Below, one piece after another: positions 46,118 to 56,315 of a stretch of DNA of 64,000 nt. How positions within the stretch are numbered: the first letter of the stretch is position 1; each line of letters starts with the position of its first letter. Source of the stretch: Clostridia bacterium (lineage in GTDB: Bacteria; Bacillota; Clostridia; Christensenellales; UBA1242); NCBI GenBank assembly GCA_045538455.1, contig JAZSRL010000009.1, positions 14,875 through 78,874 of the forward strand, given 5' to 3'. The notes beneath the pieces are model-generated. The model was not told the DNA's origin. It saw only the letters and a program-made list of their open reading frames with translations, and made no database searches. A program made the position numbers and the translations under genes.

Positions 46118-47530
46118 ATGCAAACGACAAATAACGAAAAAGTTTCGATTGAAACCATTATTGCGATGTGTAAAAATCGCGGTTTTGTTTTTCCGGGTTC
46201 GGATATTTACGATGGATTAGCGAATACATGGGATTACGGTCCGTTAGGTGTGGAATTAAAGAACCGTATCAAACAATTATGGTGGCGCGAATTTGTAACG
46301 ACCAATGATAACAGTGTTGGTTTAGACGGTGGAATTTTAATGAACCGTAATGTTTGGGTGGCTAGTGGTCATGTGAGCGGTTTTTCGGATCCATTAATGG
46401 ATTGTAAAGACTGTCAAACCCGTACGCGTGCGGATAAATTAATCGAAAGCCATGACGATAAAATTAACGCAGACGGTTGGACGAACGAAGCTTTAGAAGC
46501 TTACATCAACGAACATAAATTAGTTTGTCCGAAATGTGGCAAGTTTAATTGGACCAATATTCGTCAATTTAACTTAATGTTTGAAACGCACCGCGGTGTT
46601 ACCAAAAACAACACCGACCAAATTTTCTTGCGTCCAGAAACCGCGCAAAGCGAATTTATTAACTTCGTGAATGTACAACGCAGTATGCGCTTGAAAGTAC
46701 CTTTTGGTATCGGTCAAATTGGTAAAGCTTTCCGTAATGAAATTACACCGGGTAATTTTATTTTCCGTACGGTAGAATTTGAACAAATGGAACATCAATT
46801 ATTCTGTCATGCTGATGATGCGATGGCTTTTTACGAAAAATACAAACAAAAAATTTGGAACTTCGTAAGTAATACCTTAGGAATCCGTGCGGAAAATTTG
46901 CGTTTCCACGACCACGAAAAATTAGTTTTCTATGCGAAAGCCGCTTGCGATATGGAATACAACTTTCCATTCGGTTGGGGTGAACTGAACGGGACCCACC
47001 ACCGCGGTGTGCATGATTTAACCAATCACCAAAACTTATCCAAAAAATCAATGGAATATTTGGACCCTATCACAAACCAAAAATACATTCCGACCGTGAT
47101 TGAAAGTTCACAAGGTTTGGAACGCTTATTCTTGGCGATTTTGTGCGATGCTTATCATACCGAAAACTTAGCAGACGGTGACACGCGTGTTGTTTTAAAA
47201 TTGAATCCTAATTTAGCACCTTACCAAATTTGCGTATTACCGTTACAAAAGAAAGGTTTAACTGAAACAGCAACCAAATTATATCGCGATTTACAACAAC
47301 AATTTAATGTTACCTATGATGATGCTGGCTCAATCGGTAAACGCTACCGCCGCCAAGACGAAATCGGCACCCCACTCTGCATTACAGTGGATTATGATAC
47401 TTTAAACGACCAAACAGTTACTATTCGCGACCGCGATACGATGGAACAAACCCGTGTAAAGATTGCAGATTTACCAACAAAAGTTATTGACATATTTACA
47501 AGCTATAATAAGAAAAAAAATATTTTATAA
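46118..47530 (+). CDS. glyQS: glycine--tRNA ligase (dimeric GlyQS type)
   Basis: NRGFVFPGSDIYDGLANTWDYGPLGVELKN, RPETAQ and GIGQIGKAFRNEITP. An AAGGAG RBS lies 5 nt before this ATG. Confidence 0.9.
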   Translation: MQTTNNEKVSIETIIAMCKNRGFVFPGSDIYDGLANTWDYGPLGVELKNRIKQLWWREFVTTNDNSVGLDGGILMNRNVWVASGHVSGFSDPLMDCKDCQTRTRADKLIESHDDKINADGWTNEALEAYINEHKLVCPKCGKFNWTNIRQFNLMFETHRGVTKNNTDQIFLRPETAQSEFINFVNVQRSMRLKVPFGIGQIGKAFRNEITPGNFIFRTVEFEQMEHQLFCHADDAMAFYEKYKQKIWNFVSNTLGIRAENLRFHDHEKLVFYAKAACDMEYNFPFGWGELNGTHHRGVHDLTNHQNLSKKSMEYLDPITNQKYIPTVIESSQGLERLFLAILCDAYHTENLADGDTRVVLKLNPNLAPYQICVLPLQKKGLTETATKLYRDLQQQFNVTYDDAGSIGKRYRRQDEIGTPLCITVDYDTLNDQTVTIRDRDTMEQTRVKIADLPTKVIDIFTSYNKKKNIL

Positions 47531-47565
47531 ATAACTTGTGTTGTGTGTTGGTGAGTTTTTTGAAA

Positions 47566-47594
47566 GTAACCGTGGATAATGGTTACTTTTTTTT
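47566..47594 (+). terminator. rho-independent terminator after glyQS
   Basis: GTAACC-(9 nt)-GGTTAC followed by TTTTTTTT. Confidence 0.7.
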
Positions 47595-47662
47595 ATCAAA
47601 GGGATAAAATTGTGGGTTCCTTGTTAGTTTGACGAAAACCAAAAACCATAATAAGATAATTT

Positions 47663-48217
47663 ATGGAAAAACTTAATCAACGAATTGTTGTCATTGAAGG
47701 ACCAAGTGGAGCTGGTAAAGATACCATTATTAAAACTTTAACCAAAAAATATCCGGACCGTTTTGCAAAATTAATTTCGGTCGCGACACGCGCGATGCGT
47801 CCGCATGAAAGCCAAGGTAATCCTTACCATTTTGTTAGTAACGAAGAATTTGACCAAATGGTAGCCAGCGGTGATATTTTTGAATACACCATGCGCCATG
47901 GCGAAAAACGCGGGATGAGTGAAAAATATATTCAAGACTTATTTACAAAAAACAAGATTCCGTTAAAAGATTGTAATTTAATCGGCGTAAATGCGCTTAA
48001 ATCGCGTTTTAAGAATGTTACAACGATTTTTATTACCGCGGATAAAAATGAAATTGAACAGCGTTTACACCGCCGTGGTGATGCTTTGGCGGATATTGAA
48101 GCGCGCATGAAAGATTATGATGAGTGTATGAAAGAAGCACAATACTTTGATTATGTAATTATCAATGACGATTTGGAAAAAACATTAGACAAAATATTGC
48201 AAATTATTTATAATTGA
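47663..48217 (+). CDS. gmk: guanylate kinase family protein
   Basis: 184 aa with the P-loop GPSGAGKDT and ATRAMRPHESQGNPYHFVS. Confidence 0.75.
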   Translation: MEKLNQRIVVIEGPSGAGKDTIIKTLTKKYPDRFAKLISVATRAMRPHESQGNPYHFVSNEEFDQMVASGDIFEYTMRHGEKRGMSEKYIQDLFTKNKIPLKDCNLIGVNALKSRFKNVTTIFITADKNEIEQRLHRRGDALADIEARMKDYDECMKEAQYFDYVIINDDLEKTLDKILQIIYN

Positions 48218-48221
48218 GGTT

Positions 48222-49244
48222 ATGGAAAGTACAAATAAAAAGGAAATTAAAATCATTTGCACGATTGGTCCTGCAAGTGAAAACAAGGAAACCTTAAAAG
48301 GTTTAATTGATGCTGGAATGTCAATTGCTCGTTGTAATTTCAGCCACGGAACCCATGAAGAACATGGCCGTAAATTCGCATTAGTGCGTGAATTAAATAA
48401 GGAATATGGTTACGATGTAAAAATTGCATTGGATACCAAAGGACCAGATATTCGTTTAGGCGATTTTGAAAATGGTTCTGTAATTGTTAATAAAGGTGAT
48501 TTATTCTCTTTATTCTGCGATGACCGTATTGGTAATCAACAAGGTATTTCTGTTACCTATAAAAACTTATACCAAGATTTGAAAGCTGGTGACCCAGTAA
48601 TGTTCTGCAGCGGTTTAGTTGTTGGTAAAGTTAAAGAAATTAAAGGTAAAGAAATTGTTGTTGAAATTGAAGTTGGTGGAAAATTATCAAACCACAAATG
48701 TGTAAATTTCCCTGGTGTTGATGTCAAATTACCATTCTTAAGCCCTGCTGATTTAGAAGATTTGAAATATGGTGTAGAACAAAAAGTTGACTTCATCATG
48801 GCTTCATTCTTGAATAAAGTTGAAGATTTACGCGAATTGCGTAAAATTATTGGTGATATTCCTGTTATTGCTAAAATTGAAAGCGCTGAAGGTGTTAAAA
48901 ATATGGAAGCAATTATTAAGGAATCTGACGCTGTTATGGTTGCTCGTGGTGGTTTGGGTGATAATAATCCGTTGGAACAATTACCAACCATTCAAAAAGA
49001 AATGATTAAAATTGCAAACAGAGAAAATAAATTTGTTATTGTTGCAACTGAAATGATGTTGAATATGTGTGAAAAACCACGCCCAAGTCGTGCAGAAGTT
49101 TCTGATGTTTACAATGCAGTTTGTGATGGTGCTGATGCAGTTATGACATCAGAAGAAACAGCTATGGGTAATTATCCAGTTGAAACAATTCAATATATGC
49201 GTAAAATTACCAACGGAGCTTGGAATTATAAAAACAATAAATAA
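48222..49244 (+). CDS. pyk: pyruvate kinase, short form (A and B domains only)
   Basis: KIICTIGPAS, ARCNFSHGTHEEH, LDTKGPDIR and MVARGGLG. It ends soon after SEETAMGNYPVE, so the ~130-aa C-domain is absent. Confidence 0.85.
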   Translation: MESTNKKEIKIICTIGPASENKETLKGLIDAGMSIARCNFSHGTHEEHGRKFALVRELNKEYGYDVKIALDTKGPDIRLGDFENGSVIVNKGDLFSLFCDDRIGNQQGISVTYKNLYQDLKAGDPVMFCSGLVVGKVKEIKGKEIVVEIEVGGKLSNHKCVNFPGVDVKLPFLSPADLEDLKYGVEQKVDFIMASFLNKVEDLRELRKIIGDIPVIAKIESAEGVKNMEAIIKESDAVMVARGGLGDNNPLEQLPTIQKEMIKIANRENKFVIVATEMMLNMCEKPRPSRAEVSDVYNAVCDGADAVMTSEETAMGNYPVETIQYMRKITNGAWNYKNNK

Positions 49245-49268
49245 GCCAATCGAAATTTAAAAGAAAAA

Positions 49269-49295
49269 GCGTACCCTAGTGGTGCGTTTTTTTTT
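49269..49295 (+). terminator. rho-independent terminator after pyk
   Basis: GCGTACC-CTAGT-GGTGCGT (with G-U pairs) followed by TTTTTTTT. Confidence 0.6.
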
Positions 49296-49329
49296 ATAAC
49301 AAAAAACCCGGAACGCACTGCCCCGGGTT
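49296..49329 (-). terminator. rho-independent terminator for the convergent minus-strand gene
   Basis: AACCCGG-(11 nt)-CCGGGTT, with a T-run on the minus strand. Confidence 0.6.
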
Positions 49330-49348
49330 CTAATTTGTGATTGATTAA

Positions 49349-50746
49349 TTACGCATTAAAGTTTTCTACATGAACGCGGATTGTTTGTTCAAAGATTCCA
49401 TCACCGTTCCAATCAAAATACCATTCTAAGTCGTTATTCTTTTTTACATCATCAAGATTAATTTCTAATATTGCAAGAACTCCTTTTACAATGTCACCGT
49501 TATAGCTATATTGCGCATTTTCGCTATCGTAGATATCTGGATTTACCAAATTGATTTTAACGGTTTGACCATTGTTTTGACTGTTATTCCAATCTAATCT
49601 GTATAAATCGAAATATTTAAGTATTGTTTTTTCTTCACCATTTTCGTCTTTAATAGTTATTTCTATATGTTCATCATTGCTTACAAAAAGGTCAAGATTT
49701 TCGTTTTTATTTACATTATTTTCAGCAAATAAATTTTGTTTGAATTCACCATCGAAATGGTTACATCCGTCACGGTTACAAATGTTTTCGAAACATAAGT
49801 AACGCTTAGTTGATTTTGTTTTATTTTCAACTGCTACATGATTATGTCCTAATGCATTGATAACATAATCGGTAGTTATTTCTGTGCAAGCTTCATCTGT
49901 GAATTTTCCGTCACATTCACTGCAATGATAATATGCGTGGTTACCAGCGGTTTCACAAGTTGCAGGTGTAGCTTCAACATATTCAATTTCGTGATCAAGT
50001 TTACCAACAGTAACATCAATTGGATTCAAAGCTTGTTCGTTTGCAAATTTTAATCCGCAATCTTTATTTTTACATTTATAGTGTGCAATATGACCTTCTG
50101 TGGTACAAGTTGCAGGTGTAGCTTCAATAAAATCTAAATCATGTTCAATTTCAATTTTCAAAGCTTCCGCAGTAGTGGTTGTTTCACCGTCTTTGTCTGC
50201 GTATTTTTGTCCGCAAACTTTGCATTCATAGTGTTCTGCCATACCTGGTTGATAACATATTGCATCAGTTGCTTTGACAAAAATGATGTCATGTTTGTTA
50301 GTTTTGGGATATTTAATAAAATCGTCACTAACATCTTTTATGCAATTTGCGTCTTCGAAATAATCGCCGCAATACATACAAGTGTAATATTCGATATTAC
50401 CTTCGTGTGCGCAGTTTGCTTTGATTTCTGCTACATGGTGATGTTCATTGGTTTCGTGATGAGCTTTTTTAATCACTTTCCAACTTGCTAATTCGGTAGA
50501 TGTCATTTCTACCAAACCTTCAGCGTCCGCAAAATACTTTGCGCAATCTGGGCATTCCCAGTAATCTTTGATACCTGTTTCTTGGCAGGTTGCCGCATGA
50601 CCAGTAACTTTGGTCAATGGGTGTTCATGTGCGGTAGTATTATCCGCTGCTCCAAGGTTGGGCCATTGCATCGTTGCTACAACACCGAAAACTACCCCGA
50701 TGATTCCGATACAGAAAAAGAGCCCGATTTTTTTAAATGTGTTCAT
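49349..50746 (-). CDS. secreted or membrane-anchored Cys-rich repeat protein
   Basis: 465 aa with an N-terminal hydrophobic anchor and five repeats of A(T/N/I)C..(E/P/A)G....Y.C..C...(F/Y).D. Confidence 0.65.
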   Translation of the reverse strand: MNTFKKIGLFFCIGIIGVVFGVVATMQWPNLGAADNTTAHEHPLTKVTGHAATCQETGIKDYWECPDCAKYFADAEGLVEMTSTELASWKVIKKAHHETNEHHHVAEIKANCAHEGNIEYYTCMYCGDYFEDANCIKDVSDDFIKYPKTNKHDIIFVKATDAICYQPGMAEHYECKVCGQKYADKDGETTTTAEALKIEIEHDLDFIEATPATCTTEGHIAHYKCKNKDCGLKFANEQALNPIDVTVGKLDHEIEYVEATPATCETAGNHAYYHCSECDGKFTDEACTEITTDYVINALGHNHVAVENKTKSTKRYLCFENICNRDGCNHFDGEFKQNLFAENNVNKNENLDLFVSNDEHIEITIKDENGEEKTILKYFDLYRLDWNNSQNNGQTVKINLVNPDIYDSENAQYSYNGDIVKGVLAILEINLDDVKKNNDLEWYFDWNGDGIFEQTIRVHVENFNA

Positions 50747-50896
50747 TTAATTGTCCCCCTTTTTTATTTGTTTATATTTTAACATACCGCCACATAAAAT
50801 CAAGTAGTTCACACAAAATTTTTCAACAATTTTTTTTTGTAGTTTTTTAATGGGTAAAAATTTTACAAATCAAGATTGGTATTATATAATTAAAAC

Positions 50897-51679
50897 ATGA
50901 AAACATCAATCCAAGACGAACCGCAAGTGATTGAATATTGTGATGAATTAAATGATGATTTCAGTGAAACTAAATCTACGAAGTCTTGGGGGCGTCCTTA
51001 CACATATTACCGCCGTAATCCTTTTTATAAATTACATCATTTCTTTTGGTGCCGGATGATTGGTACCCCTGTCGCTTGGTGTCATGCGAAGTTTCGTTTT
51101 CGTTGGAAAATTGTGAACAAGAAAGCTTTCAAACAAGTTAAGAAATCTAGTTACTTTATCTATGGTAATCATACGCAAAATTTCTTTGATGCTGCGATGT
51201 GTAAAATTATTGCTCCGAAAGATAGTTATGTGATTGTCAACGAAAGTAATATTACTTTACCAGGGATTGGTTGGTTAGCAAGGCGTTTGGGGGCGTTACC
51301 AATTTTACCCGATATGGCAAATACAAAAAAATTTATCAAAGCGATTGACGATATTGTAGCCGATAAAAAACCTATCTTAATTTACCCCGAAGCACATATC
51401 TGGCCATACTATACTGGTATCCGTCCGTTTGTGGCGACTTCGTTTCGTTATCCTGTAAAATATAATGTGCCGGCGTTTTGTTTTACAAATACTTATCATA
51501 AACATAAAAATAAAATTAAAATTGTGACTTATGTTGATGGACCTTTTTATCCGAATCGCGAGTTGGATCACAAAACGCAAATCCAAGATTTACGCGACCG
51601 CATTTACGCACAAATGGTAGCTAGAAGCCAAATGAGTACTTATCAAAAAATTATTTATCGCAAAAAGGAGAATGATTAA
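50897..51679 (+). CDS. PlsC-like lysophospholipid acyltransferase family protein
   Basis: HX4D motif (GNHTQNFFDA) and ILIYPEAH. Confidence 0.6.
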   Translation: MKTSIQDEPQVIEYCDELNDDFSETKSTKSWGRPYTYYRRNPFYKLHHFFWCRMIGTPVAWCHAKFRFRWKIVNKKAFKQVKKSSYFIYGNHTQNFFDAAMCKIIAPKDSYVIVNESNITLPGIGWLARRLGALPILPDMANTKKFIKAIDDIVADKKPILIYPEAHIWPYYTGIRPFVATSFRYPVKYNVPAFCFTNTYHKHKNKIKIVTYVDGPFYPNRELDHKTQIQDLRDRIYAQMVARSQMSTYQKIIYRKKEND

Positions 51680-51681
51680 AA

Positions 51682-52512
51682 ATGTATCATGTAATGTATG
51701 CCGGTAATGCTGCGGTGTTTGACGGGATGTTGAGTTCGGTAATTTCGTTAGTGAAATATAATTCAGAACCAATTAACATTATAATTTTAACGATGGATTT
51801 AACGGAGGATAATCCGAAATTTTTGCCAGTCAGTGAAATGCAACGCAAAGTTTTGGAAGATGTTTTACATACCGTTAACACAGAAAGTTCTTGCCGAATT
51901 ATTGATTTAACCGAAACTTTCCGCAAAGACGGTAACTTAACCTGTGGTGAGCGATTTACGCCTTACGCAATGTTGCGTCTTTATGCAAATGAAATTCCCG
52001 ACCTTCCCGACAAGATTTTATATTTAGATACAGATGTTTTAATATTAAATTCGTTAGCCGAATTATTTGCGATTGATTTGAAAGATTATGAATACGCAGC
52101 TTGCCGTGATTATTTTGGGCATTGGTTTTTTGGTTGGAATTACTGTAACTCGGGTGTTTTGTTGATGAACATGCCACAAATTCGCGCCACACATTTAATG
52201 GAAAAGGCGCGTCAGATGTGTATCGAAAAAAACTTATTTTTATCTGACCAAACAGCGTTAAATAAATGTGCTGTAAAAAAAATGATTTTGCATCCGCGTT
52301 ATAATCGCCAACGCCGAATTAATCGCGATACGGTGATTCGTCATTATTGTGCTTCGTGGCGTTTCTTTCCGTATATTCGATTAAAAACAGTAAAGCAATG
52401 GCAGACAGATTTGGTTTTTAAAGACAAGCATAATGTTTATAACAATGCGGCGGTAACTGAAATTTTGCAAGAATACTTACGCATCAAAGCGGCAATGCCA
52501 AGCGAAAAATAA
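51682..52512 (+). CDS. family 8-like glycosyltransferase
   Basis: 276 aa with YLDTDVLIL (DXD) and NSGVLLMN, typical of GT8 enzymes. Confidence 0.7.
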   Translation: MYHVMYAGNAAVFDGMLSSVISLVKYNSEPINIIILTMDLTEDNPKFLPVSEMQRKVLEDVLHTVNTESSCRIIDLTETFRKDGNLTCGERFTPYAMLRLYANEIPDLPDKILYLDTDVLILNSLAELFAIDLKDYEYAACRDYFGHWFFGWNYCNSGVLLMNMPQIRATHLMEKARQMCIEKNLFLSDQTALNKCAVKKMILHPRYNRQRRINRDTVIRHYCASWRFFPYIRLKTVKQWQTDLVFKDKHNVYNNAAVTEILQEYLRIKAAMPSEK

Positions 52513-52555
52513 GGTCATATATTTACAATGCGGAATTGATTAGTGTACACTGCTC

Positions 52556-53863
52556 ATGATGATGCAAGTACAAGCTTTAAAAGAAGTGCAAAATGGCGTA
52601 TTAAGCAAATTTCCGTTGCTAGGGCCTGTAATGCAAAAATTAGTTTTTGAAATTACAGATAAAACAGAAACGGCGGATACGAACGGTAATAATGTATGGG
52701 TATCACCGTCATTTTTAGAGAAGTTAAGTTTTGAAGAAAAAATTGCTTTATTTGCGCATGAAGTAATGCATGTGGCTTTTGACCATATTATCCGCAGTAA
52801 AAATCGTATTGCATACTATTGGAACATTGCCACTGATGCTGTGATTAATCAAATGATTATCGATGCAGGGTTACCACTACCCCAAGGTGGAATTAATCTT
52901 CCTAATGCACGCGGAAAATCCGCGGAAGAAATGTACGAACATGTCTTAATGCATAAAGACCAATTCAAAGAAGAGCCGCAAAGTGACACTAGTCATGACA
53001 ATCATCAAAACACAGGAGAAATGTCGGTTGGTAATCATGAATTGTGGGAAGAAGCCTTAAAACAATTGGAACAAGAACAAGGCGATAAGCAAACACAAAC
53101 AACCAAAGCCGAATTATCCAATGCTCGCGAAAAACAGTTCACACAGGTTAATGAAAAATTGAAACAAAAATTGGCGCGAAAAATTATGGAAGATTTAAAA
53201 GCTGAAAAAGGTCTGGCGCATGGTGAAAATCAAGGTGCTATGAAAACTGATTTAGGAGCTGTTGGTGAAGCACAGCCGATTGAAAATTGGCAAAAAGTTT
53301 TGAGACGAAAATTTAAGGAGTTGGAAGAAGCCTATTGGTCTTACCGCAGAGCTGACCGCAACAATGATTGGCAACCACGCGTTGAGTATAAATATCGTGA
53401 AGACAAAGCTTTGGTGGAAGTTATGTTGGATACCAGTGGCTCGGTTGACGATAATTTGTTGCGTGGTTTTTTAAGGGAGATTAAAAATCTAGTGCGTAAT
53501 GCCGAGTTAAAAGTTGGTTGTTTTGATACCCAATTTTATGGATTTCAAAGTATCAAAAAAGTGTCAGATATTGACCAATTGCAAATTGTAGGGCGTGGCG
53601 GAACCAGTTTTGATGAAGCACTTGCTCATTTTTCAAAAGAGCGTATGCAAAATGTTTATAAAATTATTTTTACTGACGGCTTAGATGTTGTTACCGATAA
53701 AGAAGAAAACCGAAGAATTAAAAATTTATTTTGGTTGGTTTGGCGTGATATTGAGTTCAAACCATGTTGCGGAAAAGTTTTAAAAGTAGATCCTAATGAA
53801 ATCCGTCAAATGTTTAAAGAAAACCAAGCACATCAAAATGATGATCTTGGTCGTACGCGTTAA
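52556..53863 (+). CDS. Zn-metallopeptidase-like / vWA-like two-domain protein (DUF2201-type)
   Basis: 435 aa. The N-half has ADTNGNNVWV, HEVMHVAFDH (HExxH) and WNIATDAVIN. The C-half has VMLDTSGSVDD (MIDAS-like) and GRGGTSF. Confidence 0.75.
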   Translation: MMMQVQALKEVQNGVLSKFPLLGPVMQKLVFEITDKTETADTNGNNVWVSPSFLEKLSFEEKIALFAHEVMHVAFDHIIRSKNRIAYYWNIATDAVINQMIIDAGLPLPQGGINLPNARGKSAEEMYEHVLMHKDQFKEEPQSDTSHDNHQNTGEMSVGNHELWEEALKQLEQEQGDKQTQTTKAELSNAREKQFTQVNEKLKQKLARKIMEDLKAEKGLAHGENQGAMKTDLGAVGEAQPIENWQKVLRRKFKELEEAYWSYRRADRNNDWQPRVEYKYREDKALVEVMLDTSGSVDDNLLRGFLREIKNLVRNAELKVGCFDTQFYGFQSIKKVSDIDQLQIVGRGGTSFDEALAHFSKERMQNVYKIIFTDGLDVVTDKEENRRIKNLFWLVWRDIEFKPCCGKVLKVDPNEIRQMFKENQAHQNDDLGRTR

Positions 53864-53914
53864 AAATTTGGGTCTTGAATTTAGTGGTTTGAATATAATA
53901 TAATAAGAACTTAT

Positions 53915-55045
53915 ATGCAATTATCTGAATTAATCGTTCCTGTAAAATCAAATAACACAACAAATAAACACTTTGTTACGACTGATATGTTTTATTTGCC
54001 ATCTCGTGAAGATATTTTAAAACAGATTGATTTTTATGAAAGAAGGTATACAAGTGATTATGCAAAAATTAATGCTCGGATAGCAAATAACCAACAAACA
54101 AAAACGGTTTATGCTAATTCAATTGTGAACATGTGGACTTGTTCTGGTGTTGATTTAAAAGATGAAAAAAAAGTTTTTACTTTTAATGTAGAAGATTGTA
54201 GTAACCCCAATAGTTGTTTAGAGAAAAGTGAGTTCAAATTACAAAAACCATGGCAACGCGATTTAGGACAAGGTATTTGCCCACAAATAAAAATGGATAT
54301 TGATGCTTTCTTAGCCGTGCAAGATAAATTTTTTAAAACCAAAAAAGATGCAGATAAGTTTAAAATTCAAAATGATTTTTGCATTAAATCATTTTTAATG
54401 GGTGATTATCCAAAAACTCTTTTAGATGAAAGTGATGCTTGGCAATTGGAAAATTTAAGGCATGATGGTTTTTTAGTTCCCACAGGAAAGTTTTATATGG
54501 GTTGTTTTGTTGGTGAAAATAATAAACCGATTCGCCATGCTGAATATGTTTCAAATTTGACCAATACGCGTTATGTTCGTGTCAATCTTGATACACAAAA
54601 AGAGAGTTATTGGTTTACTGTTGAACCATTAGAATGGGATATTTTAAATTGGAGCGATTTACCGCAATCGATTAATCCAAACGGAAACGGAACAGCACAA
54701 CATATTGAATTGGTTTGTAGTTATGTGGTTAACGCAGGAATACCCTTTTTCCCGCACGAAGAAATCAATGCTCATTTATGGCAAAACAGTCCGATTCGTG
54801 GGTACCTCAATGGATATGATTTGAAGCAGTTAAAAAAGAACATCAACCCGCGTTATGCGGTGGGTAATAATTATCAATTCAGTCAACAAAATTTTATTAA
54901 CGAAGCTTTTGCAGAAGAAAAAGAATTGATTCGAGATATTGATATCAAAACTAAACAACAACCAAAAAAATTAAGAATTGTCATTAATCATGGACAAGGT
55001 TTAAAAATTAACCAAACAAGCCAAACGCATAATCAAATTATTTAA
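53915..55045 (+). CDS. array paralog P1 (two-part module only)
   Basis: 376 aa with MQLSELIV..., MFYLPSREDI, ICPQIKMDIDAFL, MGDYPK, PTGKFYMG, YWFTVEPLEWDILNWSDLPQSINPNGNG, GIPFFP and LWQNSPIRGYLNGYDL...NFINEAF. Confidence 0.75.
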   Translation: MQLSELIVPVKSNNTTNKHFVTTDMFYLPSREDILKQIDFYERRYTSDYAKINARIANNQQTKTVYANSIVNMWTCSGVDLKDEKKVFTFNVEDCSNPNSCLEKSEFKLQKPWQRDLGQGICPQIKMDIDAFLAVQDKFFKTKKDADKFKIQNDFCIKSFLMGDYPKTLLDESDAWQLENLRHDGFLVPTGKFYMGCFVGENNKPIRHAEYVSNLTNTRYVRVNLDTQKESYWFTVEPLEWDILNWSDLPQSINPNGNGTAQHIELVCSYVVNAGIPFFPHEEINAHLWQNSPIRGYLNGYDLKQLKKNINPRYAVGNNYQFSQQNFINEAFAEEKELIRDIDIKTKQQPKKLRIVINHGQGLKINQTSQTHNQII

Positions 55046-55130
55046 ACAGAAAAATATTTCATAAAAAATTTTTTTGAATGGGTATTGCAAATTGAAAATT
55101 AAGAGCTTATGCTATGTTAAGGAATTTGAT

Positions 55131-56315
55131 ATGGAATTATCTGATTTAATTATTAAAACAAATTTAAGTAACACGACACCACATGGTTGTATTGGTAACT
55201 CTGCTTGGGATACGCAAGACCAAGTTTTTGTGGAATCAATCCCTGAGTTTGAAGCCCATGCGTCAGAAGAAAGTAGTTTAAATCGATGTTTCCCAACCGC
55301 GTATGCTTTGATTAATCATGCCATACCTTACAAAGGACATGGTGATTTGAATTGGAAATTAATGGAAAATAAAGTTTCTGGAATGAAATCAGCGTGTAAT
55401 TATTATCTGCGTTCTAATCATGAAAATCAAGTTGCGATTGTTGATGCGGAAGGTGAAATTAAATATTCAACTTCACACAGCAATGGAGAAAATATTGGAA
55501 TTCGTCCTTGTTTATTTTTAGATGTACCAACCTTTTTGCAAATTAAAAAAGGTTTAGATCGTATTGGTTATTGGGGTTCAGAATTTCAGATTTGTAAAGA
55601 TTCAAAATGGAATGGTCCATTAATGAAATTGGGAGAATTTCCCCAATCACATTCTTGCCGTAATACAACTTTTTATCAAGAAATAAATTACAATTATTGT
55701 GATGAGGAAAAAGAAGAACAAGTAAGAGCTGGTGATTTAATTCCAACGGGTAAAACTTTTATGGGTAGTTATGATGCTAGTACGGGAAAATTTAGTGAAG
55801 GTGTGGAATATGAATACAATCTTCCCTGGCCCATTAAAATGGTGCGATATTGTTATGATAATCGTAATATCGGTTATTGGTTTGATGTAGAGCCAATTCT
55901 TTGGGATATTGAAAATTGGTCTGATTTACCCAAAGAGATTAATCCGGAAGGTAACGGCACCACTGCTGTAATTAAACTTCGCGCGCAAAAAGCAATTATC
56001 AGTGGTATTCCTTTTAATATTAATCAAAACCACCCTAATGCAAATTTATGGGGAAACAGTTCATTGCGTGGTTATTTAAATGGTTATGATTTGCGCAGTA
56101 TTGAAAATCGTAATATTAGAAACCTTGAACACATTGCTTTGTGTGGTGGAAATTTTAAAGACCATAATTTTTTAAATGAAGCAATGGGACGCGTCAAGGG
56201 TTTAATTCAAGAAATTAATTTATTAAAAGATAATAAAAAATCGCGACAACGCCCAATCAAACAAAACGCATTAAAAATGAATTTAAAAGCAACCGAAATA
56301 GGAAAATCATTATGA
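55131..56315 (+). CDS. array paralog P2 (two-part module only)
   Basis: 394 aa from the ATG behind the AAGGA RBS, with MELSDLII..., YYLRS, GIRPCLFLDVPTFL, LGEFPQ, PTGKTFMG, YWFDVEPILWDIENWSDLPKEINPEGNG and LWGNSSLRGYLNGYDL. Confidence 0.75.
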   Translation: MELSDLIIKTNLSNTTPHGCIGNSAWDTQDQVFVESIPEFEAHASEESSLNRCFPTAYALINHAIPYKGHGDLNWKLMENKVSGMKSACNYYLRSNHENQVAIVDAEGEIKYSTSHSNGENIGIRPCLFLDVPTFLQIKKGLDRIGYWGSEFQICKDSKWNGPLMKLGEFPQSHSCRNTTFYQEINYNYCDEEKEEQVRAGDLIPTGKTFMGSYDASTGKFSEGVEYEYNLPWPIKMVRYCYDNRNIGYWFDVEPILWDIENWSDLPKEINPEGNGTTAVIKLRAQKAIISGIPFNINQNHPNANLWGNSSLRGYLNGYDLRSIENRNIRNLEHIALCGGNFKDHNFLNEAMGRVKGLIQEINLLKDNKKSRQRPIKQNALKMNLKATEIGKSL

